From contig OZ024742.1 of the NCBI GenBank assembly GCA_964016885.1, positions 239,630,001 to 239,694,000 of the forward strand: a stretch of 64,000 bases of DNA. Reading direction: 5' to 3'. Source of the DNA: Eledone cirrhosa. Taxonomy: Eukaryota. Positions 1 to 13,770 of the stretch are shown piece after piece. The notes beneath the pieces are model-generated. The model was given only the letters and a program-made list of their open reading frames with translations. It did not search any database and was not told the DNA's origin. The number at the start of each line of letters is the position of its first letter. Position 1 is the first letter of the stretch. A program made the position numbers and the translations under genes.

Positions 1-311
1 TCAGTTTTCCATGCTGGCAGAAGTTGGACAGGTTGTCACATTTTGAGATTAGACAGAATAACATATTCACTAAGGAAAAGTGAAAAGTTGTGAACCAATG
101 TAAAACACATTTATTTCTTGAAGTAAAGATAAAACTGATAGATAATTGTTTTCCCTTAAGAATTGTTAACAAGTAAATAACAAAGAATATAGTTTTCAAT
201 GGTGTTCTTTCCTAGGATTCTACCTTCACTGCTATCTATGTAGACTTTGCACCATCACATGAATAAAACACTTCTGAAAAAATACAATTTCTAAGGAACT
301 TATATATTTCA

Positions 312-640
312 TATCATCATCATCATCATCATTTTTATGTTTGTTTTTCCACACTCACATGGGTTGGATGAGTCCTTTTCAGCAAAGCATCTTTCCACTC
401 GCTGCATTCCTTCATCATCTCCTCTGTGAATCTCAGCAATTTGAGATTAGCTTTCCTCACTTCAGCCCAGGTCTTCCTTGGTCTACTTCTAATGTGACTT
501 CCTTCCACTGGAATTTCCTGGCACTTCATCACCCAGTAATCATCATCCATGTGCATCACATGTCCATACCAATGCAGTCTTCTCTCTTGCACACTACATT
601 AGTTTCCAATCTTTATACATTTCCAGTAAGCCCATAACAT
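312..640 (-). mobile_element. RTE-clade LINE 3' fragment with (ATC)n tail
   Basis: ORF 335..592 (MQERRLHWYGHVMHM...SRPRKTW) matches the C-terminus of the 23716..26583 RTE ORF (LERRLRWYGHVMRM...GRPRKTW); (ATC)n tail at about 312-331. Confidence 0.85.
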
Positions 641-740
641 CCACCTAAGGTTCTACATATCAGAAAGGAAAAATGAAAAGACATAGAAACTTTTTGTTAG
701 CTAGTAGAAATATATATATCCTGAAATTTGGGGAACATTT

Positions 741-981
741 TTAGACAATGCAGTGAAAGTGAACCTTGACTTTACAACAACTTAGTGAAAGCAATGGACA
801 TGTTTCGATGTTATTAAATCTCCTCAATGACTGATACTCCTTCTCTCTCAAATCAATGATGCCAACTATCATCAATTGATGGTTAGCTGTTATTGTGAAA
901 TTTAGTGTAGAAAATGCCAGACATTTTAAATAATTTGCTTCATATATGGCACATAAGTGAAGCAAACAAGTAGAGTAGTAG
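741..981 (-). CDS. Candidate exon of an unidentified gene
   Basis: Pyrimidine-rich tract and TTTAG acceptor on the - strand, then open frame YYSTCLLHLCAIYEANYLKCLAFSTLNFTITANHQLMIVGIIDLREKEYQSLRRF. No family recognised and the 3' boundary is uncertain. Confidence 0.25.
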
Positions 982-1200
982 CTAAATAATTGACAGGAAG
1001 ATAAAATACAGACAAAAACGAAAGCAAAATAGATAACCAAGAAAAAGTCAAATTTAATCATAATTTAAAACAAACCTCTATTATTAAGTTATGCAGTAAC
1101 TACAAGAACAGCAACAAAGAAGAAGGAATATCTATATGAACATCTATCTATAAAGCAACATTCTTTTCCAAAACAGTTTTAATTAAATTCATAGCTTAAC

Positions 1201-1239
1201 ACATACATATATATATGTATGTATATATACATATATATA

Positions 1240-1307
<68 letters not shown>

Positions 1308-1352
1308 GTATATATATGTATATATATATACATATATATCTATATATATATA

Positions 1353-1405
<53 letters not shown>

Positions 1406-1506
1406 ATATATGTATGTATATAAATATATATATATATGTGTGTGTGTATGTATATATATATATATATATGTGTGTGTATGTATGTATATAAATATATATA
1501 TATATA
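1201..1506. repeat. (TA)n/(TG)n compound microsatellite
   Basis: Direct reading; the YIYIYI ORFs here are artefacts of the repeat. Confidence 0.95.
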
Positions 1507-1818
1507 TCTTATTTTATTTGACCCGATTGGCTTGCTCACTTTTTTTGGCTTGGTGGTTAATGGCTTAACCATCGTCTCAGTTTGTATGGCCTTTTGAACG
1601 TATGTTTATCGCTCTGGTATATTCCTATCCATTGAGTGCTTGTCAACACAAATCGGAAGTTGCTTTTTGATAATATCTAGTCGCCGAAATGCGATTCCCA
1701 CTAAATTATATTTGTATATATATATATATATAGGTAGAACAATAGACAAACTATCTGGTTCTTTCCTCCCTTCTCACTCAACATTAAAAGTAATGTAGGA
1801 AAAAAATGTTTAGCCCTC

Positions 1819-2940
1819 TTAGATAGACACTTTCCCATAGGTCACAAATACTGCTCCATCTTTAACAGACAGAGTAAAAGTAGGGTACTCCTGCGCTAAG
1901 AATATGAAGATCCACATCACCAACAGTCCTAAGAGCGGCACCCACCAGGATGCTCTTGCTGAAAGCCTGAAGCTTGTCCCCTTCAACAGCAATGCAACAC
2001 ACCCGCTGTAGTTTATGAAGCTGTGGTCACTACTAACCGACCAAATCAACCACAGGAGGTCAAATCCTATGTGGGTATGGTGGAGGGCCGATTTAAGGAA
2101 CGCTTCCTGAAGCATCAGTTGACCTTTAGGTACCCAGACAAACGATCATCCACGAAACTCGCAAGCCACGTATGGTCCCTCAAGGACTCAGGTATAGACT
2201 ACTCCAGTCAAGGGAAAGCCATCACTAAGTCCAAGCCATACACAAGGGGCAATCCGTCTTGTGGACTGTGTATTGAACAAAGGATAAATATTCTAAGGAG
2301 ATTATGCAATAGCGATTGCCTAAATTCAAGAAATGAAATCTTCTCACGTTGTCTACATGTCTGGAAACACCTCTTGCATAACTACAAAGCTCCGGATTGA
2401 CAACAACATTCTAATTTTCTAATCAACTCGAACACCTTTTCGGGACTTTCACTGTTATCTCCCTTACACCTTTCGCCCGTGGCTTTGTATAGCTTGGGTG
2501 AAGTGACCGTTTCTGCACATGCGCATTCATACGGTTGTTAAATAAAAAATCTGAGGCAATTTCGGCTTGTAAACATAAATTGCACAAAACTTTCCTATAT
2601 TACAGCCCCACATTATACCCTAACGGATAATAATATCTATATGTGGATATTTTATGTCTTGATGCACATATCATACACTTTTTCCTCAACATTTCACAAC
2701 ACGCACACTTGAAATTTTAACATATTTTCATTACATTTAGCTTAAATCTGCCTTCCTAACAAGTCATCTCCGATCGATCCTTTAAGTCTCTCACAGGGAT
2801 TCTTCCTTGATAATGGGTTTTTAAACCCGAAAATATTTGGGATTGTTAAATTTGCTAAGGTAAGATTCTATTGTTATCTTAGCAATTTTAATTTTCTAGT
2901 GCATTGTATGGTTTTCAAAATTATTTAAATTAGTTTTTCA
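1819..2940 (+). mobile_element. Penelope-like retroelement 3' remnant (Cys-rich linker, GIY-YIG endonuclease, 3' pLTR region)
   Basis: Broken frames read LDRHFPIGHKYCSIFNR / VGYSCAKNM, then CSC*KPEACPLQQQCNTPAVVYEAV, continuing into ORF 2023..2400 (SYVGMVEGRFKERF..H...CGLCIEQR...LNSRNEIFSRCLH), typical of Penelope endonucleases. A degenerate hammerhead lies downstream at about 2804-2843. Confidence 0.85.
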
Positions 2941-2993
2941 TATGTAGATATATAGATATACATATATATACACACACAGATATAGATATATAT

Positions 2994-3092
<99 letters not shown>

Positions 3093-3095
3093 TAT

Positions 3096-3225
3096 ATATT
3101 TAATATAGGAAAGGCTTCTACAGGACTAGAACTGTTTCAATCGGGAGAAATCATCAGGAAGCCCTGATGATTTCTCCCGAATGAAACAGTTCTAATCCTG
3201 TAGAAGCCTTTCCTATGTTAAATAT
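3096..3225. repeat. ~130-bp near-perfect palindrome (inverted end of a hammerhead-bearing element)
   Basis: ATATTTAATATAGGAAAGGCTTCTACAGG...TCATCAGG mirrors CCTGATGA...CCTGTAGAAGCCTTTCCTATGTTAAATAT; flanked by (TA)n. Confidence 0.9.
3113..3163 (-). ncRNA. Type I hammerhead ribozyme motif
   Basis: Minus strand reads GGCTTC-CTGATGA-tttctcccgatt-GAAACAG-ttctagtc-CTGTA/GAAGCC: 6-bp stem I, intact core, stem III ACAG/CTGT, GUA cleavage triplet. Stem II is weak. Confidence 0.75.
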
Positions 3226-3538
3226 TTATACTCTGCTTTGTATTGAGTACCTTACTTACAGTGGTTACCCCCGATTGAACCCGGGATAAACTTATATATA
3301 TATATATACACATATATATATATATACATATATATATTATAAATGGAAAAAATGAGTATTGACGTACATGTACGTACATGAGGTACATGTATGTCAATAC
3401 TCATCTTTTTCCATTTCTCCAAGGGTTCTAAACCCCACTATCAGGCTAAATAATTTCTTTAATTTCTTTAGTCAAAATACGGCGATAGCTTATATTTATA
3501 ATTTCAAACTCGCTCGCTGTTTCGAAAATATTCTTACT

Positions 3539-3584
<46 letters not shown>

Positions 3585-3588
<4 letters not shown>

Positions 3589-3781
3589 AATATGGGTGAG
3601 AAGAATACTGCTGGTTGCACATGGATAACATGTTATAAAATTAGTCCCTCATCAGTGATTTACCAAACGATCATGGGTATTTCATCACATTAAAAATCAT
3701 ATACCTCACGTTGGAGCGATAATAACTAAAATAAGTTATTAGGACAATAGAAACGCGTAAAGCGAGTGAGACAAGTAAACA

Positions 3782-3785
<4 letters not shown>
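3585..3785 (-). repeat. Dispersed repeat fragment, inverted copy of 9857-10055
   Basis: Reverse complement aligns by eye with 9857-10055 (GTTGTTTACTTGTCTCACTCGCTTTACGCG...CACTGATGAGGGACT...CAGTATTCTTCTC). Confidence 0.8.
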
Positions 3786-3822
<37 letters not shown>

Positions 3823-3912
3823 GGAAAAATTTGAACAGGAACAAAACAGAGAGGCAGTACAACGAGTGTTTATTAATTTCACGCTCTGGAGAGTGGGGTG
3901 GTGGTGGGGAAC

Positions 3913-3941
3913 GACGTTTCGGGCATAAGCCCTTCCTCAGG
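3913..3941 (-). ncRNA. Minimal hammerhead motif in a Penelope-type pLTR
   Basis: Minus strand CTGAGGA-A-GGGC-ttat-GCCC-GAAAC-GTC with palindromic ACGT in place of stem III; downstream AATAAA and T-rich end abutting (TA)n. Stem I is weak. Confidence 0.65.
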
Positions 3942-4119
3942 TGAGAAGTGTGTGGGAACAGAGTTCAAAGGGTGTGTAGGGAAGTGGTGGAGAGACATAT
4001 AGCGAAAGGAAACGGTGCGAATGAAATTAAAAATAAAAATAAAAATAAAGCATGATCAAAATACAAGGAATGAAATAAAATTAAATATAAAAGCATGCTC
4101 AAAATAAACTGAAATTAAA

Positions 4120-5350
4120 AAGGGGTAAAACAGGTGGTGGAAGGGTGTGGGGTGTGTAGGGGTGGTGGCGGGTGGAGTGGGGAGAGGGAAACGAGGTGTC
4201 CGAGCGGGGAGGGCTGAAGGTGGTGTGTGTGTGTAGGTGTACGTGTGTGTGTGTGTGTGTATGTGAAAGTAAGGGTTGGGGGAAGAACGGGGTTGCATGT
4301 TCAGGAAGAGGTGTGTGTGGGGGGGGGGGGGGTTGTAGGTCGGAGTGTTTGGGCGTGTGTGGATAGAGAGGTGGGGGAGAGGAATCAGGAGGCTGAGGGT
4401 GTAAATATGTGGTGGAAAGCACGTGTGTGGGGGGTTTAAGCGTGTTGTGGGTGTGGGAGAAAAACATTTTTTGGGGTGTGTGTGTGGGTGAGTTATATAG
4501 GTGATTCCGTAAGAGGATGGTTGAAATGTTGGTAAATTCCTATGATGTTTAGTAGATTCCGTGGTGGTCAAGTTTCACATACGAGTATTCCATGAAGAGA
4601 TGGTCGGAAGAGGAGAGATGTGGGGTGCGCGCGCAACAGGAAGTGGTCAAGCGGTGGGAGTGCTGTGTGTCTGTTTGTGCTGGGAGGTGGTCAGAGGGCA
4701 TAGCAGCAGTCGATGGAATGGTAAAGGGGCGAGGATGGGTAGGTGTGAAAGTTGGAGTGAGGAGGGTGTGTGTGTGTATTAGTAGAGGTGTTAGTGGGAT
4801 GAGTGAGTGTGGAGCGAGGGTGTGGGTGGAGCGTGGAGAGAAGGGTGTGTGTAGTTCTATGGAGGGAGTGTGGTGTACTGGTGTGTGTGTAGTTTGATGA
4901 AGGGGGTGTTAGTGGGTGTTAGTATACGGGAGGTGGGGAAGGGTTGAATGCAGGTGTGAGTGGGGGTTAGTGGTGGTAGGGTGTGTAGAGTTGGTGGTGT
5001 ACGAGGGTGTGTGGGTACGTGTGCGTGGGGTTGGGGGGTGTTAGTGATGTTAGTTGCGTGTGGGGTGGGTGGTGTAAGTGGGTGCGTGTGTTCGTGTGCT
5101 TGGGGTCAGGGGGTGTTAGTGAGGTTAGTTGCGGGGTGGTGGGATGGGGGTGTGGGGGTGAGGGTTAGTGGTGGTAGTAGGGTGTGTGTTTAGTGTGAGC
5201 GCGTGTATATATGTGCCGGTGGGTGTGTGCGTGTGATAAGGAGGGGGAGGAGGAGAAGAAGGGAGGGATGTTAGTATGTTAGTTGGGGAAGGGTGGTCGG
5301 ATGAGGGGTGGAGTGGTGGTGTTAGTATTGTTAGTTGTGGGGTGGGCGGT
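4120..5350. repeat. G/T-rich low-complexity tract
   Basis: Degenerate GGTGT/GTTAGTGG repeats; ORFs here are compositional artefacts. Confidence 0.8.
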
Positions 5351-5356
5351 GAAAAG

Positions 5357-5413
<57 letters not shown>

Positions 5414-5416
<3 letters not shown>

Positions 5417-6829
5417 CATCATCATCACCATCATCATTTTACGTCCGCTCTTCCCTGCTTGCAAGGGTGGGACGGGTCTTATTCAGCACTTGTCACGGTC
5501 CTTCGTCATTTCCACCGTGAGCTTCAGCGATCTGAGGTCTGTTCTCACCACCTCCGCCCATGTTTTTCGTAGTCTACTTCTACCACGTCTTCCTTCAACT
5601 GGCATTTCCTGGCACTTCTTTACCCATCGGTCATCCTCCATGCGCATCACATGTCCATACCACCTCAGCCTCCTCTCCCGTACACTACATTCTATCCCTC
5701 TCAGACACAGTTTCTCTCATCACATTCATGCTGGGTCGTTCACGCACATTGACACTGCACATCCAACAGAGCATGCTTGCCTCATTTCTCTCCAGCCGTC
5801 GCATATCCTCTGCAGTTGCTGCCCATATCTCACTACCATGCAACATCGCGCTCCTCACACAGGCATCATATAACCGGCCTTTCGCATGCAGGGAGAAACC
5901 CCTCTTCGTCAGCAGAGGAAGGAGCTCCTTAAACTTCTTCCAACCCATCCTTCTTCTAAATACTATGGCCTCGGAACACCCCCTCCCATGCTAATCTGAT
6001 CACCTAGGTACCAGAAGCTATCCACCACTTCTATAGCACCCTCCTGCATTTGAAAAATGTGACTATCAATGCGACTTCTACTGTCTAATTTCCCTGTACA
6101 TCTACTGCATACATATTTCTGCTTACCTATTAGTTTCCCTGCTATCCCACTACATCTCTTGTGTACCCAAGATCTGCATTGTGTGCATTTTATAGAATTT
6201 ATGCCAGTTCCTTTTTTGCATATCGAACATGGCCATTTCCCTGACGGAATCAGAGTTTTGTCCTCTTTTCATCTCATCAACACTTTTGTCTTACCTAGGT
6301 TCACTCTCAGTCCTCTTGATTCCAGCTGCTGTTTCCATAGCCAGAATTTATTCTCTAGCTCCTCTACTGATTCTGCTATAAGAACCAGATCGTCAGCATA
6401 GAGAAGTTCCCATGGACAACCAGTCTTAAACTCCTCTGTTATGGCTTGGCGGACTATAATGAACAAGAGCGGGCTGAGGACCGAACCTTGATGTACTCCT
6501 ACTTGTATCTGGAATTCCTCACTAAATTCCATTCCTACCCTGACTTTACTGACAGTACCTCTGTACAAAGTTTGTACTGTCCTCACAAGCCATTCCTCAA
6601 CACCTAGTTTCCTTAGGGACCACCAGATGACAGATCGGGGTACTCTATCAAAGGCCTTCTCTAGGTCAACAAAGGCTAAGTATAGTGGCTTATTTTTCTC
6701 TAAGAACCTCTCTTGCAATTGTCTCAGCAAGAAGAGGGCATCTGTTGTACTCTTGCCAGGCGCAAAACCAAATTGCATCTCATCTAGTTTGACTCTTTCT
6801 CTAATTAGTTGTGCTAATATCCTTTCTGC

Positions 6830-6830
<1 letters not shown>
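5414..6830 (-). mobile_element. RTE LINE, 5'-truncated and disrupted (RT, PHD-like finger, 3' tail)
   Basis: ORF 6269..6886 contains QFGF...AFVDLEKAFDRVP...GVHQGSVLSP...LLYADDL; ORF 5685..5948 GWKKFKELLPLL; stops and frameshifts between; (CAT)n tail at 5414-5436. Confidence 0.93.
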
Positions 6831-6861
<31 letters not shown>

Positions 6862-6906
6862 GTGACGAAACATAAGTCAATTGCATGAACTCATAATCCT
6901 TTATTT

Positions 6907-6962
6907 ACTGCTATATATATTTCGATGATAGCCATTGAATGGCTATGACCTCATCAGGCAGT
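6907..6962 (-). ncRNA. Type I hammerhead ribozyme motif
   Basis: Minus strand ACTGC-CTGATGA-GGTcATAGCCAT-tca-ATGGCTATcATC-GAAA-TATATA-TA/GCAGT: perfect 5-bp stem I, long stem II, palindromic minimal stem III, AUA triplet. Sits in a ~280-bp island (6862-7139) between (TA)n tracts. Confidence 0.85.
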
Positions 6963-7133
6963 TAGTCAGTTCTTAGATATGCCAGCTCTGTGTTTATAGT
7001 GTTGATGGTATCAGAGCCTTGGGACATATGAACTTGTTAGGAATAAATTAATGTTGTCAGCAGGAATAGTCTTGATTCTCATTGGTCAGTTTGTAGATGG
7101 TAGTAGGGTTGGTATTTGACGTCAAAGAGGCAG

Positions 7134-7138
<5 letters not shown>

Positions 7139-7190
<52 letters not shown>

Positions 7191-7226
7191 TATATATATA
7201 TATATATTCATACATATATATATATA

Positions 7227-7304
<78 letters not shown>

Positions 7305-7369
7305 TATATATATATATATATATTCATACATATATATATATATAGACATATATATATATATATTCATAC

Positions 7370-7400
<31 letters not shown>

Positions 7401-7430
7401 CACACACACACTCACACATACACACACACA
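7139..7430. repeat. (TA)n/(CA)n microsatellite
   Basis: Direct reading. Confidence 0.95.
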
Positions 7431-7611
7431 TATGCAAATTTATATTTTAAAATAAATACCTATATATAAATTTATTGCTTTAAAATTGGTCAATTATTTT
7501 GTCAGATATAATTTGTTACAAGGGTACTAAATATCCAGTAGAATGAACTTAGATGAAAATATAACAAAATTTAAATAAAAAGAGAGAAAAATCCCTTCAT
7601 TGCCTATTATA

Positions 7612-7657
<46 letters not shown>

Positions 7658-7735
7658 TCCTGAGTTGTGTTGGTGGGGGGGGGGGGAGTTTAAAATCGTA
7701 CTCAATAGTCATTTCTATATATATGATAAAGATAT

Positions 7736-9467
<1,732 letters not shown>

Positions 9468-9480
9468 TATATATTATAAT

Positions 9481-10053
9481 ATGTATTCCATGTGAAACCA
9501 TGCAGTATTCTTCTCCCCATCTTTTTCATATATTTACCTAAACTGCGATTATTTGTTTCTCTCTTTCTCTCTTACTGCTCCCCTGTTCTCTCTGTTTCCC
9601 TTACCTTCTTTCGTCCCCTCTGTCAGTTAACACTTTCTCTCGACTGACCTCTTCCTCGCACTTCCACTCACTCACTCTCTGTTTCTCCCCTTCTCACTTC
9701 CCCCCGTTCGCTAGGAGAGGGATTCTTTCTTTCTCACATCCCCTTCACAGCGAAAGGTCTGTTTCCTGAACGCTCATGGTATTCACCCAGTTTATGCTGA
9801 TCCGATAACCATGTTGCTTGTTTTTCTTCCCATCTTCGGTTAGCTTTTCCTCCTATGTTGTTTACTTGTCTCACTCGCTTTACGCGTTTCACTTGTCCCA
9901 ATAGCTTATTTTAGTTATTGCTCGCACCAACCTGAGGTATCTGATTTTTAATGCAATGAAATATCTATGATCGTCGGCAAATCACTGATGAGGGACTCAT
10001 TTTATTACATGTTATCCATGTGCAACCTGCAGTATTCTTCTCCCCATTTTTTC

Positions 10054-10055
<2 letters not shown>
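9481..10055 (+). repeat. ~575-bp element with ~50-bp terminal direct repeats in TA-rich flanks
   Basis: ATGT(TA)TCCATGTG(A/C)AACC(A)TGCAGTATTCTTCTCCCCAT occurs at 9481-9530 and 10009-10055; CTGATGA at about 9984; pyrimidine-rich body. Confidence 0.6.
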
Positions 10056-10095
<40 letters not shown>

Positions 10096-10389
10096 GTATG
10101 TGTGTGTGTGTATATGTGCATCATCCTCATCATCATTGTTAACATCATTTTTGTTGTGATATAGTCACCTTTCTACTACGCCTGTGGGTATTTCTGTATT
10201 TCTCTCCCTCGCCCTCTCTGTGCTCGTGTATATGTGTATATATGTGTATATATATGTATGTGTCTGTGTGTGTGGACAACTATTGTGTCACATTGCTGAG
10301 TTTAAATCTTTCTACAAGCTTTAATTAGAGAAATAGAATAGCATTCACCAAGTTGATTTGATCCAAGAAACTCGATAATTTTTTTTAAT

Positions 10390-10459
<70 letters not shown>

Positions 10460-10589
10460 TCACACACTCACATGGAATGGACTCCCATTGGTTTTAACGA
10501 TGAGTGTTCCGGTTTAGTCAATGGAATAGTCTGTTCCTAAAATTTACATGTAAGTGGCTGAGCATTCCGACAAAGACATGTACCCTTAA

Positions 10590-10809
10590 ATCTTTATCAT
10601 TTAAACTGGCCATATCCGGCCAGAATTTTCTCACCACTTTCTGTTCAAACCAGCCATAACTGGCTGCTTATACTGCCGTTAAGATATTGTTCTCAAAATA
10701 AATAACATCAATATCTCATAGATTCGATATTATGGAAGATATTATGTAAGATAAAGCCTTTACCATGAAAATACAGTAGTATATATAGAGTAATGTAAAT
10801 GCTAAAGGG
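10590..10809. mobile_element. piggyBac-type MITE inserted at TTAA within a SINE-like repeat
   Basis: TTAA at 10586-10589 and 10810-10813, right end AAAGGG; relatives at about 28770-29045 and 29270-29414. The flanks rejoin into a repeat also seen near 12215-12390. Confidence 0.6.
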
Positions 10810-11505
10810 TTAAGGTAATTCTCAAGAAGATTCATGGTGGTACAAAGTGTGACAAGGCTGGGCCTTTTGAATTACTGGTACAGTTTATCCAACAGGTTTC
10901 CCAATGATTAACCTTTTCCTTTCCACTCACAAAGCATGGGTCAATCCAAGGCTAAGGTAAATAATACTTACGCAAGATGCCACACAGTGGGATTGAATGA
11001 ACCTGGGACTTAATCATTGCAAAGTTAACTCATTAACCATTCAGCCATACTCTGTCCATACATGCACACACACAATCCAGTAGTTCCAAATATTTTCACT
11101 ATCAATTAACCCTTTTATTAAAATGATCCCAAGCTTTTGAAATGACTCCTACCTCAACAAACAGATTGCATTGAATTTTCAGAATATTTCTATCATTTTT
11201 ATCAAAGGTTCTTCTCATACTGGATGAATTAGTTCTGAACCTAATAGTACTTGTGGTGATATGATTAGAACTACTTAACATGTGCATGCATGTTGTGTTA
11301 CATATTTCAGGTGTAGGAATACAACACACCCCTTTCTTCCTTTAGTCTCCAGTCTACTATCAATACAGTAGATGAAAATTCACAATACGTTGAGTGGGCA
11401 GCAGAAGGATCTTCAGAGGAAGAACTCCCATTAAGTAAGTGTTCTGACCCTTGATTCCTCCTGTCACTTTAAAGGAGGCAGACCTGCAAATGCCATGACT
11501 CTTAC

Positions 11506-11643
11506 CTATCCTCCCAATATTTTGTCTCTTCCATCAGGATATGAACTCGGGAACTTCTGGTGATCTTGTTTCCTATTGTTGCCCATTCCTGTGGTTTACA
11601 CCACTTGGCCAGAAAGGCCACCAGTAGAACTAACATTTCAAAT
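11506..11643 (-). CDS. Candidate internal exon (138 bp, phase 2-2) of an unidentified gene
   Basis: Minus strand CACTAAC branch point ...AAATAG| FEMLVLLVAFLAKWCKPQEWATIGNKITRSSRVHILMEETKYWED |GTAAGA; open frame and canonical signals, no recognised homology. Confidence 0.4.
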
Positions 11644-12643
11644 CTATTTAAACAACAATCAATGTTAGTGGCCTGATGTCATTCCTCTTTGAATACTGCA
11701 AGCTAACAGAAGTAAGTGTCAATAATTTGTCAGTGTACATATGTAGATTCAAGTAGATTTCATGATTAATAGTTGTATGTCTTTGACACAGGCTCAGTAC
11801 AGCCACAGAATAAGTATATATGAATACAATGACCATTTATCGATCTGGCCAGCTGCAAGTCTCCCAAACAAGTTACAAATGAAAGCAATCACTATTGATT
11901 TCCAGTTTTAAGAAACTCTACTCACAATTGAAGTTGTGAAAGGTTTATGGGAAAGACCTTATATTACTGCTATTCATTTTTGTCCAATTCAGTGAAGATG
12001 AAAGCCAAAGTTGATCTTTGTTATTTCAACATACAATACCAAGGGAGCCTTAATGCCTCAAATTTGAAACTGACTAATAATTGTTTCTACTTTAGGCACA
12101 AGGCCAGCAATTACCCAGTGCATTACTGGTGCTTTATTTTATCGACCCCGTAAGGATGAAAGGCAAAGTAAACCTCGGCAGGATTTGAACTCAGATCGTA
12201 ACTGACTAATAATGGAATGGACCTTCGTTGGTTTCAGTGATGAGTGTTCCAGTTGTTCAATAAATAGATCAGCCTGCTCATGAAATAATGTACAAGTAGC
12301 TGAGCATTCCACATAACATATTTCTCAAGGAGATTCAGCCTGACATGAGATATAATAAAGTTGACCTTTTGAATTATATGTATAGTCCAGTTGACAGACT
12401 TCTAATCAGTTTCCATCTAGCCAATTTCACTCACAAGGCATGGGTTGACCCAAAGCTATGGTAAATGACTTTTGCTCAAGACACCACACAGTGGGATCGA
12501 ACTCAAGAACCAATGATTGCAAAGTGAACTTCTTGGACCAGTGGCATGCAGAGCTCTGGTGATACCTGGGGCAAATCTTGATTGTATTCTCCAAAGACTC
12601 AAGTATAAGGCCTAATATACTGAGAAATATTATGAGAAAAGAA

Positions 12644-12757
12644 AATATTTTGAATATATAATATTTTGAATATATAATATTTTGAATATATAATATTTTG
12701 ACTATATAATATTTTGAATATATAATATTTTGACTATATAATATTTTGAATATATAA
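12644..12757. repeat. 16-bp minisatellite (AATATTTTGAATATAT) x ~7
   Basis: Direct reading. Confidence 0.85.
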
Positions 12758-13499
12758 ACACAGATGAAACATTCGATTTTAATATAAATCAATCAAATTT
12801 ATTAAGTTCTTTTCCCCAAATGATGCCCCCATCTAAAGGATGCCTAGAGCCAATACACCATCACCCCAATCTCCTCTGCATGCTACTGTCTTGGACATTT
12901 GTCTATGCTGCATCCATTAACCAATGATGAAATCATTAAAGATCCATATAAAAAAACAACTTTAAGTCTTAAGAACAAAACAGTGATTTATTGTAAGTTG
13001 CTTACCTATAAAGACCCCCTTCAGTCACGAATGACTTTACAGCTAGGAAGTTTCCTTTCTGAGGCACAAGCCAGCAGTTGTGGAAGACCAGCAGTCTCCC
13101 ATGCATACCAGTCTCCCCTCAAAGCCCATACAGCTTGGTACCAGATATGTTGCAACTCATTTCTACAGTTGAATGAATTGGAGCAATGTAAAATAAGAAC
13201 ACAACGCATCGCCCAGTCTGGCAATTGAACTGACAACCTCACGATTGTGAAGCCAACACGAACCACGAAATCATATACCTGCATTACCAATACATTCTAC
13301 AATTAATTATCCATTATTTTTCTCAGTACATATTGTACCCCAACAGATGCTTATGCAACCGCAACTTAGCAAAGAGCCAAATTTTAGTAAGTAGGAAAGA
13401 GGTGAAGACTAGTTCTCTCACAAAAGTGGCCATGCTTTGAATGTAGTGAAAGAATAGACAGAAACTTTATATGATATATACATGGGTACACAATAGAAG

Positions 13500-13770
13500 T
13501 AGTGGCATTGTAGACATATTAACAAAAAATATAGACTTTGTATGTGGGAGATGCGTAGGGGCAGTTAAGAGTAAGAGCTCCAATGAATTAAACTTTTTCT
13601 AATCGTGGGAAGGCTCCATAAAAGTAGTTGATAGAATCTGTTACCTAGATGATTAAATTAGCAGTGCAGCAGGCTACTCTGAAAGCAAAGAAGCTAGAAT
13701 AAGAACAGGCTGGAAAAAGTTCAGAAACCTCTGTTGACAACAGTTTCTCTCTACAAATGATAGACTGGCT
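13500..13770 (+). mobile_element. Highly decayed RTE LINE fragment
   Basis: Translates as GSIKVVDRICYLDD*ISSAAGYSESKEARIRTGWKKFRN, matching GSIEIVDSFRYLGDKISSGGGCSESTVARVRTGWKKFRE in the 23716..26583 ORF. Confidence 0.75.

Noticed and set aside
1215-1572. YIYIYI, VCVCVC, HTHTHT and ERERER ORFs here and throughout the window
   Set aside because: Translations of dinucleotide microsatellites, not genes.
1660-1700. TTGATAA...CGAAAT possible hammerhead relic
   Set aside because: Two core mismatches and no clear stem I or II.
4890-5340. Telomere-like GTTAG repeats
   Set aside because: Irregular and embedded in G/T low complexity; not a (TTAGGG)n array.
11345-11433. Plus-strand exon-like segment (TTTAG...GTAAGT)
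   Set aside because: No recognisable peptide or partner exons; less well supported than the adjacent minus-strand candidate.
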